A DNA stretch of 64,000 nucleotides, from assembly GCA_963543315.1 (NCBI GenBank), contig CAUUAW010000001.1:79892-143891 (forward strand), given 5' to 3'. The DNA comes from an uncultured Porphyromonas sp. (GTDB taxonomy: Bacteria > Bacteroidota > Bacteroidia > Bacteroidales > Porphyromonadaceae). Both the position numbers and the translations under genes were made by a program. Under the pieces are notes generated by a model. It did no database searches, had not been told where the DNA came from, and worked only from the letters and a program-made list of their open reading frames with translations. Shown here one piece after another: positions 1 through 11,114 of the stretch (within the stretch, counting starts at the first letter, position 1; each line of letters begins with the position of its first letter).

Positions 1-192
1 GTACCTCAGCATCTAGAGTTGTCAGGCTTTGCAGCTCGTGTGGTGCAGCATGAGTATGACCATCTGGAGGGTAAGCTCTTTGTTGATCATATATCATCTC
101 TACGTAAGCGTCTTATCAAAAAGAAGCTACAGCTGATCTCTATAGGGCGAGTGAGAGTGGGTTATCCTGTAGTACACCCTCCTTTACACTGA
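1..192 (+). CDS. def: peptide deformylase, C-terminal fragment (5' end lies outside the window)
   Basis: Frame +1 is open from base 1 to the TGA at 190-192. The translation ...[17 protein letters not shown]... contains the QHExDH metal-binding motif 3 of peptide deformylases. Confidence 0.75.
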   Translation, partial: VPQHLELSGFAARVVQHEYDHLEGKLFVDHISSLRKRLIKKKLQLISIGRVRVGYPVVHPPLH

Positions 193-197
193 TCACA

Positions 198-2171
198 ATG
201 CGCTATTGGCTACGGACTACTAGTGTGGTGCTCTGCATGCTCTGCGTGTGGTGTGGGACGCTGTGGTCTCAGATAGACACAGATCGTGTAATGACGATCG
301 GTCGTAATGCAATAGGTTTTAAAGATTACGTAGTCGCTATAGAGCATTTTAATCATGTAATAGAGGCAATCCCAGCAATTGCAGAGCCGTATTACTATAG
401 AGCTTTTGCCAAACTGATGCTTGGGGATTATGCCGGGGCGGAGCGAGACGCTACACTTTGCATAGAGCGCAACCCCTTCCTCTCGCGGGCTTATATGGTG
501 CGCGGAGCTGCACGACATAATCTCCGAGACTACACAGATGCGTCAGACGACTATGCCCGTGCGCTAAAGATTACACCAGATGACTTTTATCTAGCATTCA
601 ATTTTGCCGGGGCGCTCTATGGTGCAGAGCTGTTCGAGCGTGCTGATTCAGCCGCTAATGCTCTAGTTTCTAGATATCCGAAAGAGTCTCGTGGCTACTT
701 CCTCGCAGCAGAGATCGCCCTCCGTAGGCAAGACACACTTGCTGCGGAAGCGCGAATTGCAGAGGGGCTAATGCTCGACACTCTAAATGCTGCCCCATAT
801 CGTATGTTGTCAGCGATTTCCTACCTCAGGGGAAATTATCCAGAGGCTCTACACTATCATGATCAAAGTATAGAGAGGGAGCCGAATCAAGCCGGAGATT
901 ATATAAACAGAGGTCTAACACGATATAAGCTAAAGGACTATCGCGGAGCTATGGAAGACTATAATCAAGCTCTACTTCTTACACCTCATGATGCTATCGC
1001 TCGGCATAATCGTGCACTACTTCGTATTGAGGTGGGAGATTTTGTGGGAGCTCGCGAAGATCTCCTAGAGGTTGTGCGTCAACAGCCGACGAATCTGACT
1101 GCACACTTTAACCTAGCTCTCGTGCAAACTCAGACGGGGCAGTATAGGGCAGCTATCGAGACGCTGGACTATATATTAGGTCGTCGCCCAGAGTTCCTCT
1201 CGGGCTATTATCAGAGATCAGAGGTAAAACGACTACTCGGAGATGCTGCTGGGGCGGATAGAGACTATTGGCTAGCATATAAATTAGAGAGGGGTCAGAT
1301 TAAAACACCTAAAGCAACAATAGCAGATAGTACAGCCTCGGGAATTACTAACGAAGATCTCTATGCGCTGGAGCATCATGATGAGCCTCGATCAGTGAGA
1401 AGTGAAATAGCTCCTTCGTCCGTGGAGGGTAGCACTAGGTCTCTGCGCGGAGCTATTCAGGAGCAAGGAGCCTCGGAAAATCCATGCGCAGCATATGAGA
1501 TTACCTATTTTGTCCAGAAGAGTCACGATAAACTCTTGCCTCGGTCTTACTATTCTGCAGAGCTAGAGACATACAATCAGCGGACTACCTACCACCCACG
1601 CTTACTATTAACAGTGGGTGCTCAGTCGCTAGATAGTACACAATTACGCATTGTCCTCGACGATATTGCCCACCTTCGCTCTGCAGAGCAGACGGCTGAC
1701 TGGCATCTTCGCATGGGGATCGACCATCTCCTCCTAAGAGATATTGGGGAGGCTATTGCACAGTTTGATGCTTGTCTCGGGCTTTCTCCACAGCAACCAC
1801 TCTGTCTCCTAGCACTTAGCTCTGCTCGTTTAATGCAGGCTAAGATACTTACAGAGCCTCAGCAGCAAGCCCTCATGTATGACTTGGCGATGCGTCACCT
1901 CACAACGGCGATAAGCTTTGCTCCTCAGATGGGCTATCTCTACTATAACCGGGCACACCTATACCAGTTATTAGGGCAGATTGATCAAGCTATTGCAGAC
2001 TATACTAGAGCCATTGAGCTACTTCCTCAGTCTGGAGAAGCTTATTTCAACCGGGCCTTACTGCTAAAGGGGCAGAATAAGTTTGACGAAGCGACAGAAG
2101 ATCTTAGTCGTGCCGGCGAACTAGGCATCTATCAGGCCTATTCTCTCATTCACACTATACAGGGACGCTGA
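198..2171 (+). CDS. tetratricopeptide (TPR) repeat protein with an N-terminal signal-like segment
   Basis: 657-aa ORF with many 34-residue A/Y/G-patterned repeats (e.g. YYYRAFAKLMLGDYAGAERDATLCIERNP, AYFNRALLLKGQNKFDEATEDL). The N-terminus is hydrophobic. Its stop overlaps the next gene's ATG (TGATG). Confidence 0.8.
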   Translation: MRYWLRTTSVVLCMLCVWCGTLWSQIDTDRVMTIGRNAIGFKDYVVAIEHFNHVIEAIPAIAEPYYYRAFAKLMLGDYAGAERDATLCIERNPFLSRAYMVRGAARHNLRDYTDASDDYARALKITPDDFYLAFNFAGALYGAELFERADSAANALVSRYPKESRGYFLAAEIALRRQDTLAAEARIAEGLMLDTLNAAPYRMLSAISYLRGNYPEALHYHDQSIEREPNQAGDYINRGLTRYKLKDYRGAMEDYNQALLLTPHDAIARHNRALLRIEVGDFVGAREDLLEVVRQQPTNLTAHFNLALVQTQTGQYRAAIETLDYILGRRPEFLSGYYQRSEVKRLLGDAAGADRDYWLAYKLERGQIKTPKATIADSTASGITNEDLYALEHHDEPRSVRSEIAPSSVEGSTRSLRGAIQEQGASENPCAAYEITYFVQKSHDKLLPRSYYSAELETYNQRTTYHPRLLLTVGAQSLDSTQLRIVLDDIAHLRSAEQTADWHLRMGIDHLLLRDIGEAIAQFDACLGLSPQQPLCLLALSSARLMQAKILTEPQQQALMYDLAMRHLTTAISFAPQMGYLYYNRAHLYQLLGQIDQAIADYTRAIELLPQSGEAYFNRALLLKGQNKFDEATEDLSRAGELGIYQAYSLIHTIQGR

Positions 2172-4105
2172 TGATTTCAGTTCAAGACCTTACGGTAGAT
2201 TTCGGTAAGCAGCTCCTCTTTGACTCGATAAACTTTGTGATCAGTAAAGGAGAGCGGGTGGCTCTTGTTGGGCATAATGGAGCCGGTAAGTCGACATTGA
2301 TGAAAATTTTAGTAGGTCTTGAGCAGCCAACCAGAGGGGAAGTCTGTTGTCCGCGAGACTTAACCATCGGATATCTACCTCAGGTCAAAGAGCTAGTTAA
2401 TCACACAACTTTACGAGCCGAAGTCGAAGAAGTTTTTAAGGACGTACAGCATCTCAATGAGCAGTACGACAAGCTCAGTACGGAGCTGGCTACACGCACA
2501 GACTACGACTCCCAAGAATACCTAGAACTCATTGAGCGCCACGGACATCTGACTGACTTAATACAGATGCATCATCCCTCACAATATCTGGCAGAGATGG
2601 AGCGGACTCTCCTTGGATTAGGCTTTGAGCGGAGCGACTTTGACCGAGAGACCCGTGAATTTTCTGGAGGATGGCGCATGCGCATTGAGCTAGCCAAGGT
2701 ACTATTGAGTAATCCAGATCTACTACTCCTTGATGAGCCTACAAATCATTTAGACATCGAGTCTATCGATTGGTTAGAGCACTTTCTCATTGCACGGGGC
2801 GTCACACTACTTCTCGTCTCTCACGACCGTACGTTCCTAGATAATGTCACTAACCGGACCATCGAGATTGAGCTGGGACGCATCTACGATTACAAAACAT
2901 CTTATAGCCACTATGTGAGTCTACGAGAGGAGAGACTGGAGCAACAGCGGCGAGCATACGAAAACCAACAAAAGAAAATCCAAGACATAGAGTCATTTGT
3001 CGAGCGGTTTCGCTATAAGCCCACCAAGAGTGCTCAGGTACAGAGTCGTATCAAGCAGCTTGACAAGATCGAGGAGATACAGTTAGATGAGATTGATACG
3101 AGACATATTAATTTCTCTTTTCCTATGTCAGGGCGTAGTGGAGATTATCCCGTCATCATAGATGGGCTAGATAAGAGCTATGGGACACTCCCGGTACTAC
3201 AAGGAGTCTCCATGACGATCAAGCGGGGTGAGAGGGTCGCCTTTGTCGGGAAGAATGGTTCGGGCAAGTCCACCCTCATGCGCTGTATCATGGGACAGGA
3301 GGAGTATCAGGGGAAGTTACAGATAGGACACGGAGTTGAGATCGCATACTTCTCTCAAAATAGAGCACAGGAGCTACCCAGCAATCAGACCATTCGTGAG
3401 GCGGTCGACAGCTTGGCACGAGGCGAGGTACGACTACATATTAATGATATGCTGGGGGCATTTCTCTTTGGAGGCGAAGTCGCTGACAAGCCCATCGGTG
3501 TACTCAGTGGTGGGGAGAGGGCTCGTGTCGCCATCATGCAGATGCTCCTAGAGCCTGCAAACCTAATTATCCTTGATGAGCCAACGAATCACCTCGACAT
3601 TCGCACGAAAGAGATCTTAAAACATGCCATTGCAGCATTCCCAGGGACCGTCATAGTCGTCTCACACGATCGATACTTCCTCTCGGGTCTTGTAGACCGT
3701 ATTTTCTCCTTTAGTCATGGGGCTGTCCGGGAGTGTATGGGCGGACTAGAGGGTTATCTTGCCACATTGCATGATCAATTTGGCGAGACACCCGCGTCCC
3801 TGACAAAAGAGATATCCAGGGACCCTCAACAGTCAGCTCCATCTGCCCCGCAACTAGGTTATCAGCAGCAGAAAGAACAGCAAAAGCATCTGCGCTCGCT
3901 TCGTCGCTCTGCCGAGAGCTTGGGAGAGCAAGTCAGAAAATTACGAGATACACAGACAGCGTTAGAGCAGCAGATAGCAGCTAATCCCTCCCCCCAACTC
4001 ATAGATGAGTACACCTCTGTACGCAACCAACTCAAGAGCATTACAGAGCAGTGGGAGGAAGCTGAGTACGCCCTCCTGGAGTATGAGGAGGAGATAAATC
4101 ATTAG
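2171..4105 (+). CDS. ABC-F family ATPase (two nucleotide-binding domains, no membrane domain)
   Basis: Two Walker A motifs (GHNGAGKST, GKNGSGKST), two ABC signatures (FSGGWRMR, LSGGERARV), an inter-domain linker and a C-terminal coiled-coil tail. This is the ABC-F architecture. Confidence 0.9.
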   Translation: MISVQDLTVDFGKQLLFDSINFVISKGERVALVGHNGAGKSTLMKILVGLEQPTRGEVCCPRDLTIGYLPQVKELVNHTTLRAEVEEVFKDVQHLNEQYDKLSTELATRTDYDSQEYLELIERHGHLTDLIQMHHPSQYLAEMERTLLGLGFERSDFDRETREFSGGWRMRIELAKVLLSNPDLLLLDEPTNHLDIESIDWLEHFLIARGVTLLLVSHDRTFLDNVTNRTIEIELGRIYDYKTSYSHYVSLREERLEQQRRAYENQQKKIQDIESFVERFRYKPTKSAQVQSRIKQLDKIEEIQLDEIDTRHINFSFPMSGRSGDYPVIIDGLDKSYGTLPVLQGVSMTIKRGERVAFVGKNGSGKSTLMRCIMGQEEYQGKLQIGHGVEIAYFSQNRAQELPSNQTIREAVDSLARGEVRLHINDMLGAFLFGGEVADKPIGVLSGGERARVAIMQMLLEPANLIILDEPTNHLDIRTKEILKHAIAAFPGTVIVVSHDRYFLSGLVDRIFSFSHGAVRECMGGLEGYLATLHDQFGETPASLTKEISRDPQQSAPSAPQLGYQQQKEQQKHLRSLRRSAESLGEQVRKLRDTQTALEQQIAANPSPQLIDEYTSVRNQLKSITEQWEEAEYALLEYEEEINH

Positions 4106-4300
4106 AGATTGCTGTATGATGGGAGGTCATTGCGTTGCTATCGGCATTTGGACTCGAGCGTGTGCGAAAGAGTTGCTCCTTTCATTACGGTCTTCCCTCA
4201 CCTTGAGTTTTTGTTATTCGATCAGGTCAAAGCAAGAAGCTTTGCAGCTCTGTCGCTCTTTACCCTATTTATCATCATTTATCCCCCGTATCTGCGCATT

Positions 4301-6160
4301 GTGAGAATCTTCTTCGTACTCTTCGGTAAGTATATACGCCCCTATCGGCACTACATCACAGGAGGTGTCTTTGCGAATATCCTCTCGGCGCTACTCAATC
4401 TGCTAGCCTTCTCTCTCATCATGCCGATCCTGCGCATCCTCTTTGGCATGGAGCAGGCTATTCCTGTCTACCACTCCTTAGAGGGCATCAATTGGTTACG
4501 CCCGGCAGATTGGCCTGCTGCAATTGACCAGATTGTGGGCAACTTTAACTACTACGTCTACCAGCTTATAGAGCAATATGGAGCCTCTCACTCATTGCTC
4601 CTCCTCTGCATCTACCTTGTTGTCATGACACTTATCAAGGTTGCTGTCACTTACGGGGGTATATACATCATGATACCTATCCGTACGGGAGTGGTGCGAG
4701 ACCTGCGTAATGAGTTCGATGACAAGCTACTTCACCTGCCGATCTCCTTTATAAGCGAAGAGCGCAAGGGGGATCTTCTCGCACGCTTCTCCGGAGACAT
4801 CGGAGAGATAGAGAACTCCATTCTCAGCATCTTAGAGAGCCTCATCAAGAATCCTATCCTGATACTCATCTATCTTGTTGCTCTCTGTGCCATCAGTTGG
4901 CAGTTAACCCTCTTCGTCCTACTCGTATTACCCATAGCTGGATATGTAATGGGAGTCTTTGGCAAGCGTCTCAAGCGCGACAGTCTCCAGGGGCAGACAG
5001 AGTGGGGACAGCTCATGAGTATGGTTGAGGAGACACTCTCTGGGCTACGTATCATAAAGGCGTTCAACGCAGAGCGGCAGATCACTCGTCGCTTCCTGCA
5101 GGCGAACAATCATTATCGCCACACCGTCTCACGGGTTCAGGCGCGACAAGGCTTGGCGCACCCAATTAGCGAGTTCCTGGGCACCCTAACCATTGCCATT
5201 ATACTATGGTATGGTGGCAATCTAATCTTTGCAGGCAATAGTCCGATTACGGCAGATGCATTTGTCTACTACTTAGTCATCTTTTACAGTATTATCAATC
5301 CCGCCAAAGAGCTTAGTAGGGTCTCTTACTCAATACAGAAGGGTCTAGCCTCTATGGTACGTATACGAGAGATACTTGACTACCCGGAGCGTATTGTTGA
5401 TCCAGAGCATCCGCTACCCATCACCTTTGTAGATAAGATCTGCTACGACAAGATCTCCTTCCGTTACCAAGAGCCTTGGATCATACGAGACCTTTCGCTC
5501 ACCATATCCAAAGGGCAGATGGTTGCCCTCGTAGGGGCTTCTGGAGCGGGTAAGAGTACCCTCGTGGACCTCTTACCTCGGTTTTATGATGTCACTTCAG
5601 GGTGCATTACCATTGATGGCACAGATATACGGCAGGTATCTCTGAGGGATCTACGTGAGTTAATAGGATATGTCAACCAGACCCCAATTCTCTTTAATGA
5701 TACGATACGAAACAATATAACGTTTGGCATGGAGCGTATGGTGAGCGATAAGGAGGTGCGGACAGCTGCTGAGGCGGCTAATGCGACCGAGTTCATCGAT
5801 CAATTCCCAGAGGGTATGGATTATATTATCGGAGACGGGGGGAGCAAGCTTAGCGGGGGGCAACGACAGCGTATCAGTATAGCGCGAGCCTTGCTCAAAG
5901 ACTCTCCCATCCTCATCCTCGATGAGGCGACCTCGGCTCTGGACAATGTGTCTGAGCAGCTCGTCCAGGAGGCGATTTATCGTCTTGTCTCCGATCGTAC
6001 GACCATTGTTATAGCACATCGTCTCTCGACTATTATGCACGCAGACCTTATCTGTGTAGTCCAAGAGGGGCAAATTGTCGAGCAGGGGACGCACGCAGAG
6101 CTATTGCAGCGTGGGGGACGCTACGCACAGCTCTACCAAATACAGTTTAAAGATAATTAG
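4301..6160 (+). CDS. ABC exporter, fused permease/ATPase (MsbA/lipid A export-like)
   Basis: Six-TM domain followed by an NBD with GASGAGKST, LSGGQRQR and LDEATSALD. The ORF is open from 4109, but residues before the GTG at 4301 do not look like a transporter. VRIFFVLFGKYIRPYRHY resembles the usual N-terminus of this family, so the start is set at 4301 and remains uncertain. Confidence 0.85.
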   Translation: MRIFFVLFGKYIRPYRHYITGGVFANILSALLNLLAFSLIMPILRILFGMEQAIPVYHSLEGINWLRPADWPAAIDQIVGNFNYYVYQLIEQYGASHSLLLLCIYLVVMTLIKVAVTYGGIYIMIPIRTGVVRDLRNEFDDKLLHLPISFISEERKGDLLARFSGDIGEIENSILSILESLIKNPILILIYLVALCAISWQLTLFVLLVLPIAGYVMGVFGKRLKRDSLQGQTEWGQLMSMVEETLSGLRIIKAFNAERQITRRFLQANNHYRHTVSRVQARQGLAHPISEFLGTLTIAIILWYGGNLIFAGNSPITADAFVYYLVIFYSIINPAKELSRVSYSIQKGLASMVRIREILDYPERIVDPEHPLPITFVDKICYDKISFRYQEPWIIRDLSLTISKGQMVALVGASGAGKSTLVDLLPRFYDVTSGCITIDGTDIRQVSLRDLRELIGYVNQTPILFNDTIRNNITFGMERMVSDKEVRTAAEAANATEFIDQFPEGMDYIIGDGGSKLSGGQRQRISIARALLKDSPILILDEATSALDNVSEQLVQEAIYRLVSDRTTIVIAHRLSTIMHADLICVVQEGQIVEQGTHAELLQRGGRYAQLYQIQFKDN

Positions 6161-6298
6161 ATAGAGAGACGTTACTCACCCCGACTTATATAAATCCCTA
6201 CGAACGAGTCCAGAGGCTCAAAACGTGTCTAGTTTGTTATTCATCTAAATCTCTCTGTGCTTTAGGAGCGTTGCGCGAGGGAGCCCCTGATATTTATA

Positions 6299-6412
6299 AC
6301 GGAAAACTTAAATGATTACACCGGAATAGGCGATTGACTATTCCGGTGTAATCAAATATGCATTCCCGAATTATGGTGTGGCGATTAGCTAAAAAATCGT
6401 CAAAGATCTTCG
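6299..6412. repeat. 22-bp-phased palindromic repeat array (about 5 units)
   Basis: Contiguous units ACGGAAAACTTAAATGATTACA / CCGGAATAGGCGATTGACTATT / CCGGTGTAATCAAATATGCATT / CCCGAATTATGGTGTGGCGATT, then decayed units. Lies between convergent genes. Confidence 0.75.
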
Positions 6413-6530
6413 GAGAGAGCAAGTCAACATACTTTAGCTTGTAGACTCTCGATATGGAAAGGTAGAAGGTTTGCTCTCCTCGTGCAGGAGGTAATCAGGG
6501 GTAATAAGCTTGAAAAATTTCGCACACCAC

Positions 6531-7871
6531 TTAAAGGCAAGGAGACTCTAGTTGTCGAATCTCTATGGCAAGCTCTTGCAATGACTCTCGTGCCGTGTCA
6601 ATATCCTGTTCTAGCAATAGGATCCTCTCAGTAAGGTTGAGATCACTCTCCCCTCGTAGATGATACTCTGTACGTAGACGATCTAGTATCTCCTCTTGCT
6701 TTGCTAGGTCTCCTTGCTGAGTGATATACTCATTATATAGGGATGCCGCTTGCGCTGAGTGAAATTGAGTCGCATGAGTATAGGAAACGTTAGGGGCTAC
6801 AACAAAGACTCCCTTTGCTTCACACTCACGAGGAGTCACGGCAGAGTCTTGCAGAGGTGCGAGGAGTGCTGAGTAGTCTACATCTGCCCTCTGCGTAATG
6901 TGGTAAGGACGCAGCATCGCATATTGACGTAATATGGCTGGATCGTTGGAGGGAACCTCTGGCGTATTATTATCGCTGTAGACAAAGCAGTAGACCGTAA
7001 GCATACCTTGGGGTGCATACCGGTCTGAGACGAGATAACCTAGATGATGCTCTGCATTAAAAGCTAGGAGGAGGTCATCGCCGTAGCTGTTGTATGGTAA
7101 TCCCAAGGGTACGGGCTGTAAATATTCCCCCGAAGGGCTCTGTCTGGTCATATAGATGTCCCGCTTACCTATCCCATTCGTATTGATTGCGGAGAAGTAG
7201 AGAGTGATCCCATCTGGTGCAAGTGTGGGATAGGAGGGATCCCTGAGACTGTCGGGGATAGAGGTGATGATAGTTGCATCTGGCGTGAGGCTAGCCGGCG
7301 TACTTTGTCCAGGCTGCATACCGCCATAGGCGAGACGTATAGGCTCGCCTATAGATACCCGTACAGGTCTTATGTATCGATCTCCACGCTCAGTGAGAAA
7401 GCCTAAGCCTAATGAGTCGCACGAGAAGACTTTGACCCCTCGTTTATTTAGATAATTAGCTAGCAGGTCTTGTGCTATGCTAGTACTATCAGCTATTTCT
7501 AGCCATAATACGTGCCCCATGAGACGCCTTAGTAAGTGCAAGCGGTCGATATAATGTGCTGCGCTCGCCTGCGGATGCCGCATTTTACTCTGCTTATCCA
7601 ATGATGTGGATAGCTCACCTAGACGCAACTCTCTCAAGTAACTCTCCCAGAGAGCAGGAAGATACTTGGGACTTTGCTGTGCTAAGTATTCCCAAGCTTG
7701 GGTGGCTAAATCATTGCGCCCATCTTGCTCTGCTGTCTCTGCTAGGAGTATGGCAGAGGTAGCAGAGAGATGGTTGCTAAAGGACTGTAGGAGCGTATCT
7801 AATTGCTGCCCTCTACCAGTAAAAGACCCTATAAATAGTAGGCAAAGAGAGATGAGTAGTAAGCGCTTCAT
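6531..7871 (-). CDS. hypothetical secreted protein (signal peptide, possible PD40/TolB-like segment, C-terminal coiled coil)
   Basis: 446-aa ORF with an N-terminal MKRLLLISLCLLFIGSF signal. DGITLYFSAINTNGIGKRDIYMT resembles a WD40-like beta-propeller (PD40) repeat. The C-terminus is heptad-rich. Function unknown. Confidence 0.65.
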   Translation of the reverse strand: MKRLLLISLCLLFIGSFTGRGQQLDTLLQSFSNHLSATSAILLAETAEQDGRNDLATQAWEYLAQQSPKYLPALWESYLRELRLGELSTSLDKQSKMRHPQASAAHYIDRLHLLRRLMGHVLWLEIADSTSIAQDLLANYLNKRGVKVFSCDSLGLGFLTERGDRYIRPVRVSIGEPIRLAYGGMQPGQSTPASLTPDATIITSIPDSLRDPSYPTLAPDGITLYFSAINTNGIGKRDIYMTRQSPSGEYLQPVPLGLPYNSYGDDLLLAFNAEHHLGYLVSDRYAPQGMLTVYCFVYSDNNTPEVPSNDPAILRQYAMLRPYHITQRADVDYSALLAPLQDSAVTPRECEAKGVFVVAPNVSYTHATQFHSAQAASLYNEYITQQGDLAKQEEILDRLRTEYHLRGESDLNLTERILLLEQDIDTARESLQELAIEIRQLESPCL

Positions 7872-7970
7872 AAGAGAAAAGATACTGAGGCGTTGCTCGG
7901 AAGACTAAAAAAGACCCAGAGCTTTCGGCTCGTCATGCCGTATGACTCCCGGGATTGCCTTGTGCTGATT

Positions 7971-8930
7971 TTATTGACCCATACGCTTTAGAATACCGGC
8001 ATACGCCTCTTCGTAATGAGGAGCGGATAAGCCGAGGCGGTGACTCTCACGGATTACGTATCCGACAAGACTTTCTACCTCGCTCCGATGCCGGCTGCGC
8101 AAGTCACTATTCATGGAAGTAGTCGTAGCTGGAGGCATACGCTCTATACGATGCAGTGCCGAAGCAATGGGATTTGCATCGCTAATAGTCCACCCCTCGG
8201 CATGGTACAGTTGGCATAATTCCTCTGTAAGACCAATGACAAAGGAGCGATGCTCTCCAAGTAGCCCCTCAACAGTGCAGTCGAAGTACCCCGTGGCTGC
8301 AGCGGAGTTAGAGAGCATGAGGAACTTTTTGCGCACCTCCTCCATCGGATCATCGGGTATAATGAGATCAATATTTGCCTCTTGGGAGAGGTGCAAGAGA
8401 GTCTCCTCGGCATGAGTCCGTGCATTACCAATGATACGAGCTAGCGAGCCCATGTAGAGTCTCTCGTTGTCTGAAAGGCTCTCAATGACACCTGGAGCTG
8501 TGCGTCTGGCAGAGACGTAAGCGACTCCCGCCCATCGCTCGATCTCTTCGGGGAGCTCCCGGCGGAGCAGCTCGTGGATGTCTAACCCATTTAATAGGGG
8601 AATGACAGAGCAGCCCCCCGTTAGACAGGGCTTTAAAGGGCGTATGCTACTGATGAGATCGTAGCTCTTAGTAGCCACGACAAGGTAGTCGATGTTGTCA
8701 AGATCTCGAGGATTGCAGGTAACACAACTGGGACGCACGGAGATCTCTCCAAAGCGAGGTGATAAGATGCGCAGACCTCCCGCTCGGACCTTATCATAGT
8801 GTGCCCCCGGGCGCATGAAATAAGAAATGCGCAGGACCTCTGGATGCTCCATCGCATAGCGTGTCCACAGTCCCCCGAAGTAGCCTCCGACGCCGCCCAA
8901 CCCTAAGATGACGATGTGGGGAGTATGCAT
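7971..8930 (-). CDS. panE: 2-dehydropantoate 2-reductase (ketopantoate reductase, ApbA/PanE family)
   Basis: 319 aa with an N-terminal Rossmann motif ILGLGGVGGYFGG. Length and layout fit the ApbA/PanE family. Confidence 0.75.
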   Translation of the reverse strand: MHTPHIVILGLGGVGGYFGGLWTRYAMEHPEVLRISYFMRPGAHYDKVRAGGLRILSPRFGEISVRPSCVTCNPRDLDNIDYLVVATKSYDLISSIRPLKPCLTGGCSVIPLLNGLDIHELLRRELPEEIERWAGVAYVSARRTAPGVIESLSDNERLYMGSLARIIGNARTHAEETLLHLSQEANIDLIIPDDPMEEVRKKFLMLSNSAAATGYFDCTVEGLLGEHRSFVIGLTEELCQLYHAEGWTISDANPIASALHRIERMPPATTTSMNSDLRSRHRSEVESLVGYVIRESHRLGLSAPHYEEAYAGILKRMGQ

Positions 8931-8938
8931 AGATCGCT

Positions 8939-10309
8939 CTAGTGGGTGTGTGGGATGGTCTCTAAGGTCTCCTTGAGGATTTCGGCTACTGATGGGTGTG
9001 GAAAGATGATCTCACTAAGCTCGTGAGCTGTCAGACCTCGCTCGATAGCCAATCCCGCCGTAACGATCAACTCGCTACTAGGATTGCCGAGCATATGCAC
9101 TCCCAGTATCTTATCCTCAGGGTCTACAAGGACTTTGCAGTATCCCGTGCTCATCTCATTCTCTGCGATAAATCGTCCCGAGTAGCTCATAGGTAACATG
9201 AGCTTGGTGTAGGTCTTGCCATCACATTGTAGTGAATCCTCTGTAAAGCCAACACCTGCGATCTCGGGATGTGTGTAAACAACACCTGGGATAGCCCTGT
9301 AACTCATAACCTTTGTCTGACGTCCAAGGATATGATCGATAGCGACCTCTGCCTCTCGGACAGCCGTGTGAGCTAAGAGAGAATGTCCGTTGACGTCTCC
9401 TGCTGCATAGAGATTGGGCAATGAAGTGCGGAGGTACTCGTCTGTTTTAACTCCTCGCCTCTCTAGCTCTAATCCCTGGTCAAGCATCGCCTCAAAGGAG
9501 CTGATCACAGGTCTGCGCCCGACAGAAAGCATAACCTGCTCACCCTCGAGCTTAAAGGTTTTACCCTCATATCCAACCTCTACACCATCAGCATAAATAT
9601 GGGTTACCGTGTGCTGGAGATAGAACTTAACTCCACGCTTGGTATACTCTTCTCGAAGTACTCCTGCTAGCTCACAATCCATCCCATTGACAATCTCGGG
9701 AAGCATCTCTACGACAGAGACGCTCACCCCCATCTCATTATAGTAAGCAGCAAACTCCATCCCGATAACCCCTCCTCCAATTATGATGATGGAGGTAGGG
9801 AGCTCCTTACTATCTAATGCCTCTCGATGGGTAATGTAGTGCCCCTCCTCGACCCCAGGGATCTGAGGAATGACAGTCTCTGATCCTGTGCAGAGCAATA
9901 AATGTCGGGCAATATAAGTCTCTGTACCTGCACTTATAGTATAGCTGTTGTCTTCATTGCGCGCGGAGACAATCGCATGCTCGGAAACAACGGTTACGCC
10001 AGCCTCTTTCATTCGAGCTCGTATCCCAGCAACAAGTTTGCGTACAACTTTGTTTTTCCTTGAGATAACCTTTCCAGGGTCTATTTGTTCAGGGATACAA
10101 GAGACCCCATACTTAGCGGCTGTTTGTACTGTTTGCCATACTTTAGCTGAGTAGAGTAAGGTCTTCGTTGGAATGCATCCTTCATTGAGGCATACGCCTC
10201 CGAGAGCTCGCTCCTCTATGAGTAGAGTGCTAAGCCCACCTCGGGCAGCACGCTCTGCAGCTGTATAGCCTGCAGGACCTCCTCCAATGATAATAAGATC
10301 ATATGTCAT
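8939..10309 (-). CDS. lpdA: dihydrolipoyl dehydrogenase (E3 component)
   Basis: 456 aa with FAD motif IIIGGGPAGY, redox-active disulfide GGVCLNEGCIPTK, and a C-terminal dimerisation region containing HPSVAE. Confidence 0.9.
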   Translation of the reverse strand: MTYDLIIIGGGPAGYTAAERAARGGLSTLLIEERALGGVCLNEGCIPTKTLLYSAKVWQTVQTAAKYGVSCIPEQIDPGKVISRKNKVVRKLVAGIRARMKEAGVTVVSEHAIVSARNEDNSYTISAGTETYIARHLLLCTGSETVIPQIPGVEEGHYITHREALDSKELPTSIIIIGGGVIGMEFAAYYNEMGVSVSVVEMLPEIVNGMDCELAGVLREEYTKRGVKFYLQHTVTHIYADGVEVGYEGKTFKLEGEQVMLSVGRRPVISSFEAMLDQGLELERRGVKTDEYLRTSLPNLYAAGDVNGHSLLAHTAVREAEVAIDHILGRQTKVMSYRAIPGVVYTHPEIAGVGFTEDSLQCDGKTYTKLMLPMSYSGRFIAENEMSTGYCKVLVDPEDKILGVHMLGNPSSELIVTAGLAIERGLTAHELSEIIFPHPSVAEILKETLETIPHTH

Positions 10310-10344
10310 AGTTGTTGATTGTCTGATGAAAGGAGCGACTCCAA

Positions 10345-11091
10345 TTAATTGCTTTTGCCCTGATTGGCTACGGCTGCTTGTAACTTGGAGATTGTCTCAG
10401 GATCGCCGAGGAAGTAATCTCTCTGCAAGTGCATCTTATCGTCAAACTCAAAGACGTAGGGTATCCCTGTGGGTAGATTGAGTGTCGGAATATCTTTATC
10501 AGAAATTTCTTTGAGATGCTTGACGATCCCTCGGAGGCTATTGCCATGGGCTACGACAATAATCTCTCCGCATTGCTCTAGAGATGGTCGAATGTTACTC
10601 TCCCAGTAGGGTAGGATCCTCGCTACAGTATCCTTGAGCGACTCAGTGAGAGGGAGTTCTTCAGGACAGATCGAAGCATATCGAGGATCATATAGGGGAG
10701 CTCGCTCGTCTGTTGGCTCCAGAGGAGCGGGCGGGATATCATAACTACGTCTCCATATGTGCACCTGCTCTTCTCCATACTTTGCTGCGGTATCCGCCTT
10801 GTTGAGTCCTTGGAGCGTGCCGTAATGCTTTTCGTTGAGTCGCCAAGATTTCTCAACAGGGATCCAATCTAGGTCCATCTCGTCTAGAATGATGTTGAGC
10901 GTCTTGATAGCTCGCTTGAGGTAAGAGGTATATGCTTTGACAAAGCGAAAACCTGCCTTACGGAGCTGCCGTCCAGCTTCATGAGCCTCCTCAATCCCTA
11001 GCTCCGTAAGGTCTACATCAGTCCAACCTGTGAATTGATTGGTTTTATTCCACTCACTCTGCCCGTGGCGTACTAATACAAGTCTTTTCAT
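10345..11091 (-). CDS. gpmA: 2,3-bisphosphoglycerate-dependent phosphoglycerate mutase
   Basis: 248 aa with the catalytic [10 protein letters not shown] motif and the later histidine motif (VVAHGNSLR). Confidence 0.92.
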   Translation of the reverse strand: MKRLVLVRHGQSEWNKTNQFTGWTDVDLTELGIEEAHEAGRQLRKAGFRFVKAYTSYLKRAIKTLNIILDEMDLDWIPVEKSWRLNEKHYGTLQGLNKADTAAKYGEEQVHIWRRSYDIPPAPLEPTDERAPLYDPRYASICPEELPLTESLKDTVARILPYWESNIRPSLEQCGEIIVVAHGNSLRGIVKHLKEISDKDIPTLNLPTGIPYVFEFDDKMHLQRDYFLGDPETISKLQAAVANQGKSN

Positions 11092-11114
11092 AAATGTGAG
11101 GTAAAAAGGTCTCC

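Noticed and set aside
4109-4300. An N-terminal 64-aa extension of the MsbA-like exporter, and the overlapping 62-aa ORF at 4116-4304.
   Set aside because: The extension starts at a TTG, has no transporter-like sequence and is Cys/Arg/Phe-rich. The family-typical N-terminus begins at the GTG at 4301, so the interval is more likely a 195-bp spacer.
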